This document shows positions 10,286 through 20,007 of a stretch of 64,000 nucleotides of DNA, in pieces. The translations under genes and the position numbers were made by a program. The notes under the pieces are model-generated. The model was not told the origin of the DNA. It worked only from the letters and a program-made list of their open reading frames with translations, and searched no databases. Each line of letters begins with the position of its first letter. The stretch's first letter is position 1. Source of the stretch: Candidatus Bathyarchaeia archaeon (GTDB taxonomy: Archaea; Thermoproteota; Bathyarchaeia; Bathyarchaeales; Bathycorpusculaceae); the NCBI GenBank assembly GCA_050010755.1, contig JBEKKK010000004.1, positions 108,498 through 172,497 of the forward strand, given 5' to 3'.

Positions 10286-10693
10286 TTATCCCTTCCCGAA
10301 CTGCTCTCTGAGAAGTTCACTCAAGCCGAGAACCGCTTTATCAGGAGCAGCCTCGATTTCCGCTGGAATGCCCTTTAGAGAAGGCATGCCGACGCTGTCA
10401 GTTTCCGTGCTGACGACTCTGTTTGCCCAGACACCATAAGGAATAAAAATTACGCCCGTATGTGGTCCTCTCGGAGATTTCAAGGCCTTAAGAATCACGG
10501 AACCATTGTCTGTCGAAACACGAACATTGGTTCCTCCTCGTATCCCAAGCTTCTTCATATCCACAGGGTCAACGTAGCAAACCGCAACACTTTTAAAATA
10601 ATCTTCCGAAGCCTTCCCACGTTCTTTGCCCACACCCTGCTCTATCGTTCGCCCAGTCAACAAAGTAACCTTAAGCTTCGAATTCATTTCCAT
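10286..10693 (-). CDS. fwdD: Formylmethanofuran dehydrogenase subunit D
   Basis: LLTGRTIEQG, IPYGVWAN and GMPSLKG motifs. Confidence 0.94.
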   Translation of the reverse strand: MEMNSKLKVTLLTGRTIEQGVGKERGKASEDYFKSVAVCYVDPVDMKKLGIRGGTNVRVSTDNGSVILKALKSPRGPHTGVIFIPYGVWANRVVSTETDSVGMPSLKGIPAEIEAAPDKAVLGLSELLREQFGKG

Positions 10694-10956
10694 CCTTCGA
10701 CCACAGCTTAACCATCTATACTGAAGCTTGAAAACCCCTTTCAAGTTAATTCTGACTATTCAATCCGACTAGTTGATGCGCTGAATCAAAGATTCTCCTA
10801 CGCATTCCAACAAATTAAACTTGCCGTCAGATAATGCGAGAAACAGTCATTGAAGTTGATAATTTCGAAAAACAGGCCTTCCGGATTCTGCCAGGTCATT
10901 CTAGACACCTGGCCACTCGTAACCTCAACTATTTGTCCATTGGCAAACCATGAAGA

Positions 10957-11439
10957 CTACAGGTAAGGTCCAAAAACAAAAGGATTTCCCGTGCCTTGGT
11001 TTGTCAGCCGTACTTGGATTGCGGTTTCTATGAATATATAGGCCATTAGCGCCAAGGCCAATCCGATTATTAGCAGCACGTAGGCCTTTCTGGGCTTGTA
11101 GACATAACTTGTGCTTCGATGCATCGCCAGTAGTCCGATCGCTCCCAGAGAATAGGCAATTGCGACGAGCATGCTGTCGCTCAAGAATTGTTCGGGACCG
11201 GATGGAGCGCCAATGACATACCCGAATGGGAAGAAACCCGCCACTGGTGGCCTCAGGATCAAATCATATACACCACCCGCGAAGAGAAAGACAGCAAGAG
11301 CAATCGCTAATGTTGGCACGACGAGACTCGACCAATTAACAGTTGTGATTGCCCGATTTATCCTCAATGCTATTTTATGAAAAATCTTCCTGACCCAGAA
11401 GGACATTGAAGAAAAACCCCTTTTAACAGTTCCGCTCAT
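10957..11439 (-). CDS. Three-TM membrane protein resembling OSTC/DC2 (OST3/OST6-family C-terminal domain)
   Basis: 'FLFAGGVYDLILRPP ... EQFLSDS ... YSLGAIGLLAMHRS' parallels the OSTC pattern GGIIYDVIVEPP...QYIMEG...GGLGFIILDRS (recalled, not aligned). Confidence 0.6.
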   Translation of the reverse strand: MSGTVKRGFSSMSFWVRKIFHKIALRINRAITTVNWSSLVVPTLAIALAVFLFAGGVYDLILRPPVAGFFPFGYVIGAPSGPEQFLSDSMLVAIAYSLGAIGLLAMHRSTSYVYKPRKAYVLLIIGLALALMAYIFIETAIQVRLTNQGTGNPFVFGPYL

Positions 11440-11793
11440 AATTGATTCTCCGCTTCAATCAAACGCTGGGCCATCTTCTCCTTCACGCTTGTCCAAAGAT
11501 TCTACGCAATCTCCCTATAATAATCTTGTTAATTGCGATTTTGATTGATTCTGTGGTGCTTTTTTATTAATTTGATGCGTTTATCCAGTTTATTAGCTGA
11601 CAAAAGAATATGGGAACGCAAGCAAAAAATAGCCTGACAGAAAACGTTGTTTCCGAAGTCATTTGCGTCGAGAAAAGAGTACACTCCAACCCTGAGGTAT
11701 GCACGGCATCACACCCGAGAACATAGATTGATAATCACTCCATAACCTTATGAAAGGTCGAAAGTGATACTGTTTGAGACGGCGAATAGATGG

Positions 11794-12825
11794 ATGAAAG
11801 CTCGAGAAGGCGATTTGATAGAAAGTGAAGCTAACCTGATTTTCGATGTCAAAGGCCTAGTCCACCCTCCTAATCGAGTCGTCGCCTTCATCCGTTATTT
11901 TCCAGACGAGAAAGGCAACAGAACGAGGGAAGGGAAGCATTTTGGCAAGGTCTATTCTCTTCCGAGAAGATACGCACTCTTGAAGGAAAGGTTCCCCGGA
12001 TACCTTGTCTATGACCCTGTTTTTGATGAAACTCTGTGCGAAGTCCCAGCCGAAAATGTCAAAGAAATCTACAAGCCAGCTGACAAGCTTCAGGAACTGC
12101 GCAAGTCCAAAAATCTGGATCCGGTTCAGGACAAGGCCCTCCGATTTGCCGAACTCTTGAAAGAAAGCGCAGGTATCAAGTGGAATAACTTGGGGATTTC
12201 AGGTTCCATCATGGTTGGACTTCACACGGCAGAGTCGGACATCGATCCTGTCGTTTATGGCTCGGAAAACTGCAGGAAAGTGTATTCGGCATTGAAGAGC
12301 ATGTTCGAAAACGGGAACGAATCCGTCAAGGCTTATTCAAAGAAGGATATGAAAGCGTTGTTCGACTTTCGTTCGAAGGATACTGCAATAGGGTTCGAAG
12401 ACTTCGTACGAATGGAATCGAGGAAAGTGATGGAAGGCAAATTCGACGCAACGGACTATTTTGTCCGCTTCGTGAAAGACTGGAATGAAATTGACGAAAA
12501 CTACGGGGATGTTCAATACAAGAACGTCGGCAACGCGAGGATAGAAGCCACCGTAATCGATGATTCAGAATCAACGTTTACCCCATGCACCTACAAGGTC
12601 GAAAATGTCAAGCTGCTCGAAGGATCGAAAGTCGACCACATCGAGGAAATTGCGTCTTTTCGAGGCAGATTCTGTGAACAAGCCAAAGAAGGCGAAACCG
12701 TGTTGGCACAGGGAAAGGTCGAATGCGTCACACTTCGAAGGAAAAATAGTGAACATTTTAGACTCTTAGTCGGAGGCAGGCTTACGGACCATATCGTTCT
12801 GAAGCATCGAGTCCATTCGAGCTAG
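11794..12825 (+). CDS. Predicted nucleotidyltransferase, COG1665-type, paralog 1
   Basis: GISGS...SDID catalytic motif; N-terminal 'EGD..IFDVKGLVHPP'; C-terminal OB-like 'CEQAKEGE...GKVE'. Confidence 0.8.
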   Translation: MKAREGDLIESEANLIFDVKGLVHPPNRVVAFIRYFPDEKGNRTREGKHFGKVYSLPRRYALLKERFPGYLVYDPVFDETLCEVPAENVKEIYKPADKLQELRKSKNLDPVQDKALRFAELLKESAGIKWNNLGISGSIMVGLHTAESDIDPVVYGSENCRKVYSALKSMFENGNESVKAYSKKDMKALFDFRSKDTAIGFEDFVRMESRKVMEGKFDATDYFVRFVKDWNEIDENYGDVQYKNVGNARIEATVIDDSESTFTPCTYKVENVKLLEGSKVDHIEEIASFRGRFCEQAKEGETVLAQGKVECVTLRRKNSEHFRLLVGGRLTDHIVLKHRVHSS

Positions 12826-12900
12826 CGAGTTCCCGTCTTCAACTGCGAGCGGGTATAGCATATTCCAGGCGGGGCATTTGAGAGAATGTGCAGGAGTGTT

Positions 12901-13974
12901 TCACATTCTGGCTACTTTCAGAACCTGTTCATAATATCTTGGACAATAGGTCAACGCTATTTGGAAGCATTGGTCCTTGTCGCCAGTGACTTCTTCGAGA
13001 TTTCCTTCGACGTAGATGGTTTCGTCTCTGAAAGCTTGCATTCGGAATTCTTCCACGTAAGAGATAACTCGTTTGACTTGTTGAGCTTGTCTTACTCCCT
13101 CGAGGATTTTCAACGGTTCGATGTTGTAGACTGATGGAATGAACGGAGCGTCCCTATCATCTCTTATTCGAGCAAACAGCTTTACCCAGCCTCGCTGCAG
13201 GATCTTGTTCGCAGGGTTGTACTCGTTGCGTATCTCTTTCCAATCTTTCACTGGTTCAAACTCCGTCTTTATTGTCCTTGCAGTTCCCTTGTTTTCGAGT
13301 AATGAATAGATGAGTTTCCTCTGCTGATGCCACAGGAATTCCTTCGGAGTGAAGTTTCGAAATCGCCACACCTTTCCACTTATCGACTTGTTTGTTTCAA
13401 ATTCGTTCCGAAGCAGAGAGGACTTGGCCGTGTACAATTCGCCTAGTGTTTTGCGCAGTCTCGCCATGTTTTTTTCACCATAAACTGTGAGGTCGATATC
13501 CGAGAATTCAGGGTGATAGAAACCGTGAAGCATCGACCCGAACACGCCAAAGTTCTTAGTTGACAAACCAGACTGCTCCGTTGTAGTGTCCAAGACGTTG
13601 CCCATTGCTGCAAGAAGGCTGTCCTTGGGTTCGGTTTGAATCAGTTTTGCAAGCACTCTTTCGGGCTTTCGAATGTTTCTGATGTCATGGTTTTTGACGC
13701 CTACGACTTTCTTCTGGAGCATTTCGTGCAGAACCATGTACTGTGGATAGCTCTTTTCCAAGAACTTCCAACCTTCATCTTCGTAGAACTTGTAGAAGAC
13801 ACGTTGCCCTTTTTTTCTGAATGCTTTGGGGTTATCGGATTTGAACACGGCTGCGGGTGCGTATTCAGCATCGCACGCATGGGCATCTGGCGGGTGTGAG
13901 TATCCAAACACTCTGAATATGAGGCCTTCGTCAGTGACGATTGCGTCGCGGTCTCTCAGTTTTGAAGTGGCCAA
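12901..13974 (-). CDS. Predicted nucleotidyltransferase, COG1665-type, paralog 2
   Basis: GVFGS...SDID motif; N-terminal '[11 protein letters not shown]'; TTG start with GGAGGAG. Confidence 0.8.
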   Translation of the reverse strand: MATSKLRDRDAIVTDEGLIFRVFGYSHPPDAHACDAEYAPAAVFKSDNPKAFRKKGQRVFYKFYEDEGWKFLEKSYPQYMVLHEMLQKKVVGVKNHDIRNIRKPERVLAKLIQTEPKDSLLAAMGNVLDTTTEQSGLSTKNFGVFGSMLHGFYHPEFSDIDLTVYGEKNMARLRKTLGELYTAKSSLLRNEFETNKSISGKVWRFRNFTPKEFLWHQQRKLIYSLLENKGTARTIKTEFEPVKDWKEIRNEYNPANKILQRGWVKLFARIRDDRDAPFIPSVYNIEPLKILEGVRQAQQVKRVISYVEEFRMQAFRDETIYVEGNLEEVTGDKDQCFQIALTYCPRYYEQVLKVARM

Positions 13975-14984
13975 ATGTGCTCCTCCTCGCTGATGGCCGT
14001 TCCGACTACGACCTGATAAAAAACTTGGCCCGTTTCGACGTTTTTTGCTCGCTCCAGCATTCCTGAAACGCCAATCCTCTCCCCTCTTCGGGCAACGTTA
14101 CGGTAGCAACCAATCATTGAAACAACAGTTTCCGGAACCTTACCTTCGCTAAGCTCTCCCGCTTCTACCACGTCGTAGTCCCCGATTCTGTAAGTGGCAG
14201 GTCGAAACATCGCTTCAGCATCGTCCTGAACCCTGCAGGTGAATTCCACAGGAGTCACGGCGTCATATTGCAGTTTGCCGTATTCTCCTCTGATTTCTTC
14301 GGGTCTCCGAATTGCGTTGTACATGAAAACCTTGTTCAGGTATTTTCCCTTATAGCGGCGACACGCATCTAAACGGTTGCTGAACTTGTAGCTCAGCTTG
14401 CCATTTTCAACGAGTCTGTTTATCGTTGCTTCCAGCACGCGAAAGTTTTTCGCCCCGTAAACGACGAGGTCTATGTCCGATTTTGAAGTGTGCATGTTTA
14501 AGGCCACTGAGCCATGGAGACCGAAATCTTCCAACCCTATTTCTGATTCGGTCGACAGCAAATCAACAAGGTTTAAGCTCATCTTTTGCATGTTATCCTT
14601 GGTTTCAAGCCTGGCCAGATCACGTAGACAGTCCCTAGGAATGAATACCTTCTCGATAGAATCTAGTGGCGCGCTTATGATATCCTTTCTTCTGAAGGGG
14701 CAATAGTAAACGTAGTCTGGGAAGTTATTTCGAAAGGTCTCCAGAAATGTCTGGTAGTTTTTTGCAGTGTACAGGTTTTCAGCTCGGAACAGCTTCTGCT
14801 CTTCATAGGTCCATGTGTTCTCTAAGTATTCGACGTTGAACAGCTTCTGAAAGGTAGCTGGGATGTATTTGAGGAAGGCGAAAACTCTTTTGGAGGGGTG
14901 CTCGTACCCGAAAACGTTGAAGATGAACCCGTCTCGGGTCGTGAAGGTATCTCCGTCTTCGGGAATCCAACGTTTCAGGTCCGT
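13956..14984 (-). CDS. Predicted nucleotidyltransferase, COG1665-type, paralog 3 (non-canonical start)
   Basis: Frame is open upstream of the ORF-track ATG (14591) to an in-frame TAG at 14985-14987 and encodes '[35 protein letters not shown]', homologous to the paralog N-termini; GLHGS...SDID motif. Confidence 0.78.
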   Translation of the reverse strand, partial: TDLKRWIPEDGDTFTTRDGFIFNVFGYEHPSKRVFAFLKYIPATFQKLFNVEYLENTWTYEEQKLFRAENLYTAKNYQTFLETFRNNFPDYVYYCPFRRKDIISAPLDSIEKVFIPRDCLRDLARLETKDNMQKMSLNLVDLLSTESEIGLEDFGLHGSVALNMHTSKSDIDLVVYGAKNFRVLEATINRLVENGKLSYKFSNRLDACRRYKGKYLNKVFMYNAIRRPEEIRGEYGKLQYDAVTPVEFTCRVQDDAEAMFRPATYRIGDYDVVEAGELSEGKVPETVVSMIGCYRNVARRGERIGVSGMLERAKNVETGQVFYQVVVGTAISEEEHIWPLQN

Positions 14985-15088
14985 CTAAGGCGCCTCGACA
15001 TGATGTCGTTCGGAGTGACAAAAAAACCTATCGCAGAAAGCCATAACGCTTTAAGCAGGAGGACACTAAAGCAAATTTGCGTGATTAA

Positions 15089-15580
15089 TTGAACAGCAAC
15101 TTACATCCCTATGTAGTTTTTCTTCCTTCTGAACATAAGGTCAAGGTTCTGAGCGCCATCTTCGGTTCAAAAGCGGCTGTCGACATACTGAAATTCTCGC
15201 TCAAGCAGGGCATTTCGAACAAGATTTACCAGGGCGACCTCGTGAGGAAATTAGAATTTTCGAACAAGACCGTTATCGAAAACCTGAAGTCGCTGACCAA
15301 GCTTGGAATATTAACCGAGAAAATGGAGAAAACCGAGAAGAATGGCCGTATCACGTGGGTCAAAGCCTATCAGCTCGAGAGTGCGGGAAAATGGTTTGCA
15401 CTCTTGTTAGCTGAAGAAAGAGAACTGTCCGACAAGGAGAAGGCGGAAATATTCCAAAGCCTCTTCAGAACCTACCTGCGATGGTCGAAGGATCTCTCCA
15501 AGAAACTGAACATAGATCTCAAAACGCTGGAAAGAGTCTTCACAGAAGAAATGCAGCGAACACAGGCGCGTGAGGCTTGA
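15089..15580 (+). CDS. Winged-helix transcriptional regulator-like protein
   Basis: 'YQGDLVRKLEFSNKTVIENLKSLTKLGIL' helix-turn-helix followed by a wing. Confidence 0.7.
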   Translation: MNSNLHPYVVFLPSEHKVKVLSAIFGSKAAVDILKFSLKQGISNKIYQGDLVRKLEFSNKTVIENLKSLTKLGILTEKMEKTEKNGRITWVKAYQLESAGKWFALLLAEERELSDKEKAEIFQSLFRTYLRWSKDLSKKLNIDLKTLERVFTEEMQRTQAREA

Positions 15581-16104
15581 AGGTGATTGCCATCGGTGTA
15601 GTGGGCGGAAAAAAAACAGGAAAGACCACTACTATTGAGATTTTAACGAGGGAACTCACAAAGAGAGGCTACAAGATTGCAGTGGCCAAACACATTCCGG
15701 AGCCTAATTTTACGCTGGATACAGAACGGAAGGATACATGGCGCTTCGTTCAATCAGGTGCCAAGACGGTGGTCGCCGCATCGGCAGGCGAGATAGCAAC
15801 CATAGAGAAGACTCGCGCAAACCTCTCCCTGAAAGAGATTCTTAAGAGATGTAGAGGCAACGACATAGTTTTCCTAGAAGGCTTCAGAAAACTCTTGGCT
15901 GAGAACAGAAACATACACAAGATTGTCGTTGCAGAATCCGCCCGAGATATCAAAGAAGCGAGTGAGATGTTTATGCCCGTACTGGTCTTCACAGGACCCT
16001 ACTCGCCCGAGGAACCTCACCCTGAAATCCCGTTCATAGACGTACTTAAACATGGCGAAGAAATAGCTGATCTCGTGGAAAAAATAGTCGGAAAAAAGGG
16101 GTAA
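15577..16104 (+). CDS. mobB: Molybdopterin-guanine dinucleotide biosynthesis protein MobB
   Basis: GGKKTGKTT P-loop, KH...D...DTWRF...GA and EGFR motifs. Confidence 0.88.
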   Translation: MKVIAIGVVGGKKTGKTTTIEILTRELTKRGYKIAVAKHIPEPNFTLDTERKDTWRFVQSGAKTVVAASAGEIATIEKTRANLSLKEILKRCRGNDIVFLEGFRKLLAENRNIHKIVVAESARDIKEASEMFMPVLVFTGPYSPEEPHPEIPFIDVLKHGEEIADLVEKIVGKKG

Positions 16105-16257
16105 CATGAGTCATGTTGACGCTAGGCTGTGGGGCTTGGAGATATTATCTGAGGGGAGATGGGAGAAAGGAGATATTCCTAAAACGTAAGGTAACTCTCC
16201 AAACCTTTCCACCCTGCGTTTCAACATGCTCCTGTCACGCGACTTGTATTCATCCTC

Positions 16258-17436
16258 CTAGAGCGCTTTGAAGGCTTCAAACCATCTGTTGTAGAGCGCC
16301 AGCATGTCGAGAGACACACTGGGTTTTCTGTCTTCCAGTATCTGTCTGAAGTCGTCCATCGTTAGAGGTCTCGGTTTGGCCTGTTTGTCTTCTGCCTTTC
16401 CGGACTCGAAGAATTCGCCTATGAGTTTCAGTTGTGCCGATTGGTTGACGTCTCTGATGTCGCTTCCTGAAAATCCTTCTGAAAGCCGTGCTAGCTCGTG
16501 CAAGTCGACGTCAGGCGCCAGCTGTAAGTTGGTCGTGTAGAGTTTGAACATCATCAATCGTGTGTGATGGTCTGGAAGAGGTACGAGAATGCGTTTCTGG
16601 AACCTCCTTATAAATGCCCAGTCCAAGTCCCAAGGCTTGTTCGTGGCACCGATAACGTAGACGTGCAGGTTCTTGCCCTTGTCCATGATTCCGTCCATCT
16701 CTTTCAAAAACTGGTTCCTTACCCTGATTTCGCCGCCGACTTCGTTCGCGTGTTTGCCCATCATCGAGTCTAATTCGTCGATGAACACTATTGATGGCTT
16801 GCCTTCCAAAGCCGATTTCCTGACCGAGCCGAAGAGTTTGGCCACGTTCTGTTCACCCTCACCGAGCCACTTGGACATCACCGTAGCAGCGTCGATAGAC
16901 AGAAAGTTTGCGTCAATCTCTGTGGCGACCGCAGCGGCCAGTAACGTTTTGCCGCAGCCTGGCGGTCCGAACAGCAAGATTCCTCTCGGCCATCCAAGCG
17001 GGAAAAGATCTGGCCTCTGAACCGGGTACACTATAGCCTCTTTCACGGCTTTCTTGGCGGGGTCAAGCCCGACGACTCCGTCCCATTTCACGTTCGGTTT
17101 TTCTATCATTATGAGTTCTTCGTAGGTTGATTTTCCGCCCTCGGTCTTTGTTTCGCCGTCAGCGCCGTTGCATTTGGTTTCGGGCCTCGGCTCGAAGGAT
17201 GTGACGGCGCCCTGTATTGCTTTGATTCGTTCTTGGTAGGCGATTGCTCTTTGTATGTAAACCTTGTTCAGACTGTATTCTGGGTAGAGTTGAACGAGTT
17301 GCAGGAGGCTTTCTATGGCTTTTTGGTACATGGTTATGGCCATGCCTTTCGCCCCCTGCTTATCGAGGCGAACTGCCTCTAGGGCGAAGTTCGTCGCGGA
17401 CTTCTCAAGCTCTTGAGACGCGCTCATAACTTTCAT
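16258..17436 (-). CDS. cdvC: Cell division AAA ATPase CdvC (Vps4 homolog)
   Basis: N-terminal MIT domain (AVRLDKQG...YQKAIE), GPPGCGKT, FIDELD, ATNKPWDLD and RRFQKR motifs. Confidence 0.95.
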   Translation of the reverse strand: MKVMSASQELEKSATNFALEAVRLDKQGAKGMAITMYQKAIESLLQLVQLYPEYSLNKVYIQRAIAYQERIKAIQGAVTSFEPRPETKCNGADGETKTEGGKSTYEELIMIEKPNVKWDGVVGLDPAKKAVKEAIVYPVQRPDLFPLGWPRGILLFGPPGCGKTLLAAAVATEIDANFLSIDAATVMSKWLGEGEQNVAKLFGSVRKSALEGKPSIVFIDELDSMMGKHANEVGGEIRVRNQFLKEMDGIMDKGKNLHVYVIGATNKPWDLDWAFIRRFQKRILVPLPDHHTRLMMFKLYTTNLQLAPDVDLHELARLSEGFSGSDIRDVNQSAQLKLIGEFFESGKAEDKQAKPRPLTMDDFRQILEDRKPSVSLDMLALYNRWFEAFKAL

Positions 17437-18332
17437 TCTCCAGTTTTCAATTCGATTTTTATTTTTCCTTTTGACCCTAGACTTTCTAGGGCTTTCTCGA
17501 TATCCTCGTTCGAGGTTTCCAAGTCAACTGAGCAACGTTCCATATCGATTTGACCGTTGCTCTTCTTGACGTATTCGAGAATGGCATCCTCCAATTGAGG
17601 ATTTTCGAGTTTCAAGGAGATTTCCTTGATTTCGGATTTCTTATAAGAAATGAGGGTTTGGGAAGAATCTCTTCCGGATTCTTCCGAGGTTTTGCTTATC
17701 TTCTTTTCTGAAGAGTTAGACGATAACGCAAGCATTTCTTCCAACGTGGCCCGCTCATTTTCCTGGATTTTCTGAGTAACGGGTGGTTCGGGCAGGTTTT
17801 GGGAGATTCTTTGTTCCAGAAAGCTTGAGACTTGGCTTAGCACTTCTTCGCCGCCTGGCGTCTTTCGGTCTACAGGAATGACTGATTCATCAGCTGTTAT
17901 CTTTGCTGAATAGAGCGTTTCGCTTATGGTGTCGTTGACTCTGCTCAGTTCGGATGAAACGTCTGGCAAGAATTGAAAGAGCTCTTGTGATACATTCTGG
18001 AGAAGCTTCAGAGCGGGTTTTAGATCGATTACTATATCGCTCAGTTCCTTAATTGTCTCGAGTCTGAGGATTACTCGCTCGATGGCCAGCTCTACGCTGT
18101 GAAGAAAGCTGATGATCTTGCGAATTTCGGCGATTTCGTTAGCGTAGATTGCCGCACGATCTTTGTTCTTTGCCGTGACAGCTCCGACGCATGTTTGGAA
18201 AAGGATTTTATCTTTTTCTTTAAGTCTGTAACCAGCCTGTTGAAGTTTGCACTGTTGGACTCTGAGAACTCGTATTGATTTGAATGCTGTTTCACGAAGA
18301 GGTGGAGGGCTCGAACGGAAAAATCCTTTGAT
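17433..18332 (-). CDS. cdvB: ESCRT-III CdvB with MIM2-like motif and C-terminal winged helix (about 299 aa; probable ATC start)
   Basis: Frame open upstream of the TTG at 17969 encodes the Snf7 core 'AAIYANEIAEIRK...LAIERVILRLETIKEL'; LPEPP motif; C-terminal wH 'ILEYVKKSNGQID...IEKALESLGSKGKI'. Confidence 0.88.
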   Translation of the reverse strand: MKGFFRSSPPPLRETAFKSIRVLRVQQCKLQQAGYRLKEKDKILFQTCVGAVTAKNKDRAAIYANEIAEIRKIISFLHSVELAIERVILRLETIKELSDIVIDLKPALKLLQNVSQELFQFLPDVSSELSRVNDTISETLYSAKITADESVIPVDRKTPGGEEVLSQVSSFLEQRISQNLPEPPVTQKIQENERATLEEMLALSSNSSEKKISKTSEESGRDSSQTLISYKKSEIKEISLKLENPQLEDAILEYVKKSNGQIDMERCSVDLETSNEDIEKALESLGSKGKIKIELKTGE

Positions 18333-18366
18333 GACCCTTCCCTCCGCCCGCTATTCTCGTTCCAGT

Positions 18367-19098
18367 CTATATTCCGGTTTTTCCGATTTCCTTCACGTAA
18401 ACGACTACTGGCGGTTCTGGAAGCTCCGACTCAAGCGGTTTTGGTGGCTCAGGGATCCTGTTCTTCGCCTGTTCAACAGATCTGGAAGAGTCTCCTAGCA
18501 GGATGCTGGATAGCTTGCTTGTCGTTAGCTCCAAGTCGGTTTTTTTCATGTGAACTCGCTTGATGTTTTCTTGAATCAGTGAAAAAGCGGTCTCGTAGTA
18601 TTGGATGTCAACTTTTCCTATCTCGTGTTCGATTTCAAGGTTAACTAGGGCATAGTTTAGTGCCTTTGCCTCCTCGTTACATTCTGAGATTTCGTCGTCT
18701 ATTTCTTCTCTCAGAGTCTCTGCTTCGCTCTTGAGCTGAGTGAGAGCGCCATCGAAGGTGCTGTGAAGCTCTGCGTAGAATTCTTTTGGTATTTTCTTTT
18801 TCTCAGAGAGGTCTTTGAGCGCTTGGTCCTTGCGCCAAATGAGGGGAATCTGATCGCTAAGTATGCTTGCTTGAGCCTTTATGTTGGAGATGAGGGTTAC
18901 CTCAGAACCGTTGAACCTGATGTTATCTGAACATCGCTTTAGAAATCTTCCATCGCCCAACGCTATGAAGACGCCGTCGAATTTTCCACTCGGGGTCACT
19001 GCAAAAGAGGCTATCTTACCTATCGGACGTCCGTACTCGTCGTTGATTTGTTTTCCTACAGAAAGAAAAAGGTTGGGGTTTTGTGACATCTTTTTCAT
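18367..19098 (-). CDS. cdvA: Cell division protein CdvA
   Basis: PRC-barrel start 'GKQINDEYGRPIGKI', long coiled coil, 'EHEIG', C-terminal beta peptide 'VVVYV'; position in the operon. Confidence 0.88.
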   Translation of the reverse strand: MKKMSQNPNLFLSVGKQINDEYGRPIGKIASFAVTPSGKFDGVFIALGDGRFLKRCSDNIRFNGSEVTLISNIKAQASILSDQIPLIWRKDQALKDLSEKKKIPKEFYAELHSTFDGALTQLKSEAETLREEIDDEISECNEEAKALNYALVNLEIEHEIGKVDIQYYETAFSLIQENIKRVHMKKTDLELTTSKLSSILLGDSSRSVEQAKNRIPEPPKPLESELPEPPVVVYVKEIGKTGI

Positions 19099-19107
19099 CC
19101 CCTATGT

Positions 19108-19781
19108 TTACGAAGTCTCGGTTGACGATTTTTCGCTTACAGGGGCCGTTGGTAGTCCCGGTATTCCTGGTGGCAGATCTGGGAACTTCTCTTTGACTCT
19201 CTGTTCTGCGACTGTTGCTGCTTCTGTGAGAATTTTGCCTGCATCTTCGTTCACGTTGTCGAAGTTCAACGTCATTCCAGAGCCTGTTCCTGCTTCCATC
19301 ATTATTCCGCTCAGCATGTTGCCGATTTCGCCTAGTTCGCTCTCTGCTTCGGGGAAAACGCTAACTAATCCTGCTCTGACCGATCTCAAGACTCCGACTG
19401 CGGGGCCTAACGTTGAGACTACGTCTCCGAGTTCTGATACGGTGCGTAATCTTAACACGATCTGTTCGAGTGCAAGCCTTGCGTTTATGATAAGTTTCTC
19501 CATCTTGCGAATCTCTGCCAGCTCGTTTGCAAAGACGTTTGCTCGGGCTGTGTCATGCTTCGTGTAGGCGTCAACTATTCTTGCGAATATCGTCTTGTCT
19601 CTTTGGCCGAATCTGTCAGTGGCTTGATCCAATTTCTGAACCTGCAATTCGATTCGTCGAACAGCAAAGTCTAGGCGGGGCTTCAATGGGCCAGGTGGTT
19701 TGACTGCTTCTTTGACACGGTTTGTGAGGGGCTGTTCTTCTCTTCTCGTTTCCCATTTTTTGCTAAATCTTTCTGACAAGT
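19108..19781 (-). CDS. ESCRT-III CdvB1/B2-like Snf7 protein
   Basis: 'ANVFANELAEIRK...LEQIVLRLRTVSELGD...EDAGKILTEA...FPDLP'; TTG at 19781 preceded by GGAGGT. Confidence 0.9.
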
Positions 19782-19854
19782 TAATTACCTCCAGAGACAA
19801 AAGGTCGCGAGGAAGAATCTTATACATTGTTAACATGGCAAAAACATGCTTGTA

Positions 19855-19873
19855 TATATGTGGAGCTATATGT
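19855..19873. promoter_or_regulatory. Direct repeat TATATGT-GGAGC-TATATGT upstream of the cdv operon
   Basis: Seen directly; its 14-nt core recurs exactly at 29534-29547. Confidence 0.4.
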
Positions 19874-20007
19874 CCCAGCGGAAACAGTTTTGGCCTTTAA
19901 TTTTCCAACTAAAAGAGCATGTTGGTGGTTTTCCAAGAATAGACAAAAACGTGTAAGTTAGACTAAAAAGAGGCTTGAATTAATTCCTATCCAAAAAGGT
20001 GAATGAA

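Noticed and set aside
14591-15021. Frameshifted or pseudogene reading of nucleotidyltransferase paralog 3 (72-aa ORF 14803-15021 plus 211-aa ORF)
   Set aside because: Manual translation shows one continuous frame from 14984 to 13956; the 72-aa ORF is an off-frame shadow.
16105-16257. Possible structured ncRNA between mobB and cdvC (GGAGA...TCTCC)
   Set aside because: Pairing is short and imperfect, with no C/D or H/ACA motifs I can support.
17969-18295. Split cdvB (67-aa ORF 18092-18295)
   Set aside because: The Snf7 homology is in the same frame as 17433-17969; no frameshift is needed.
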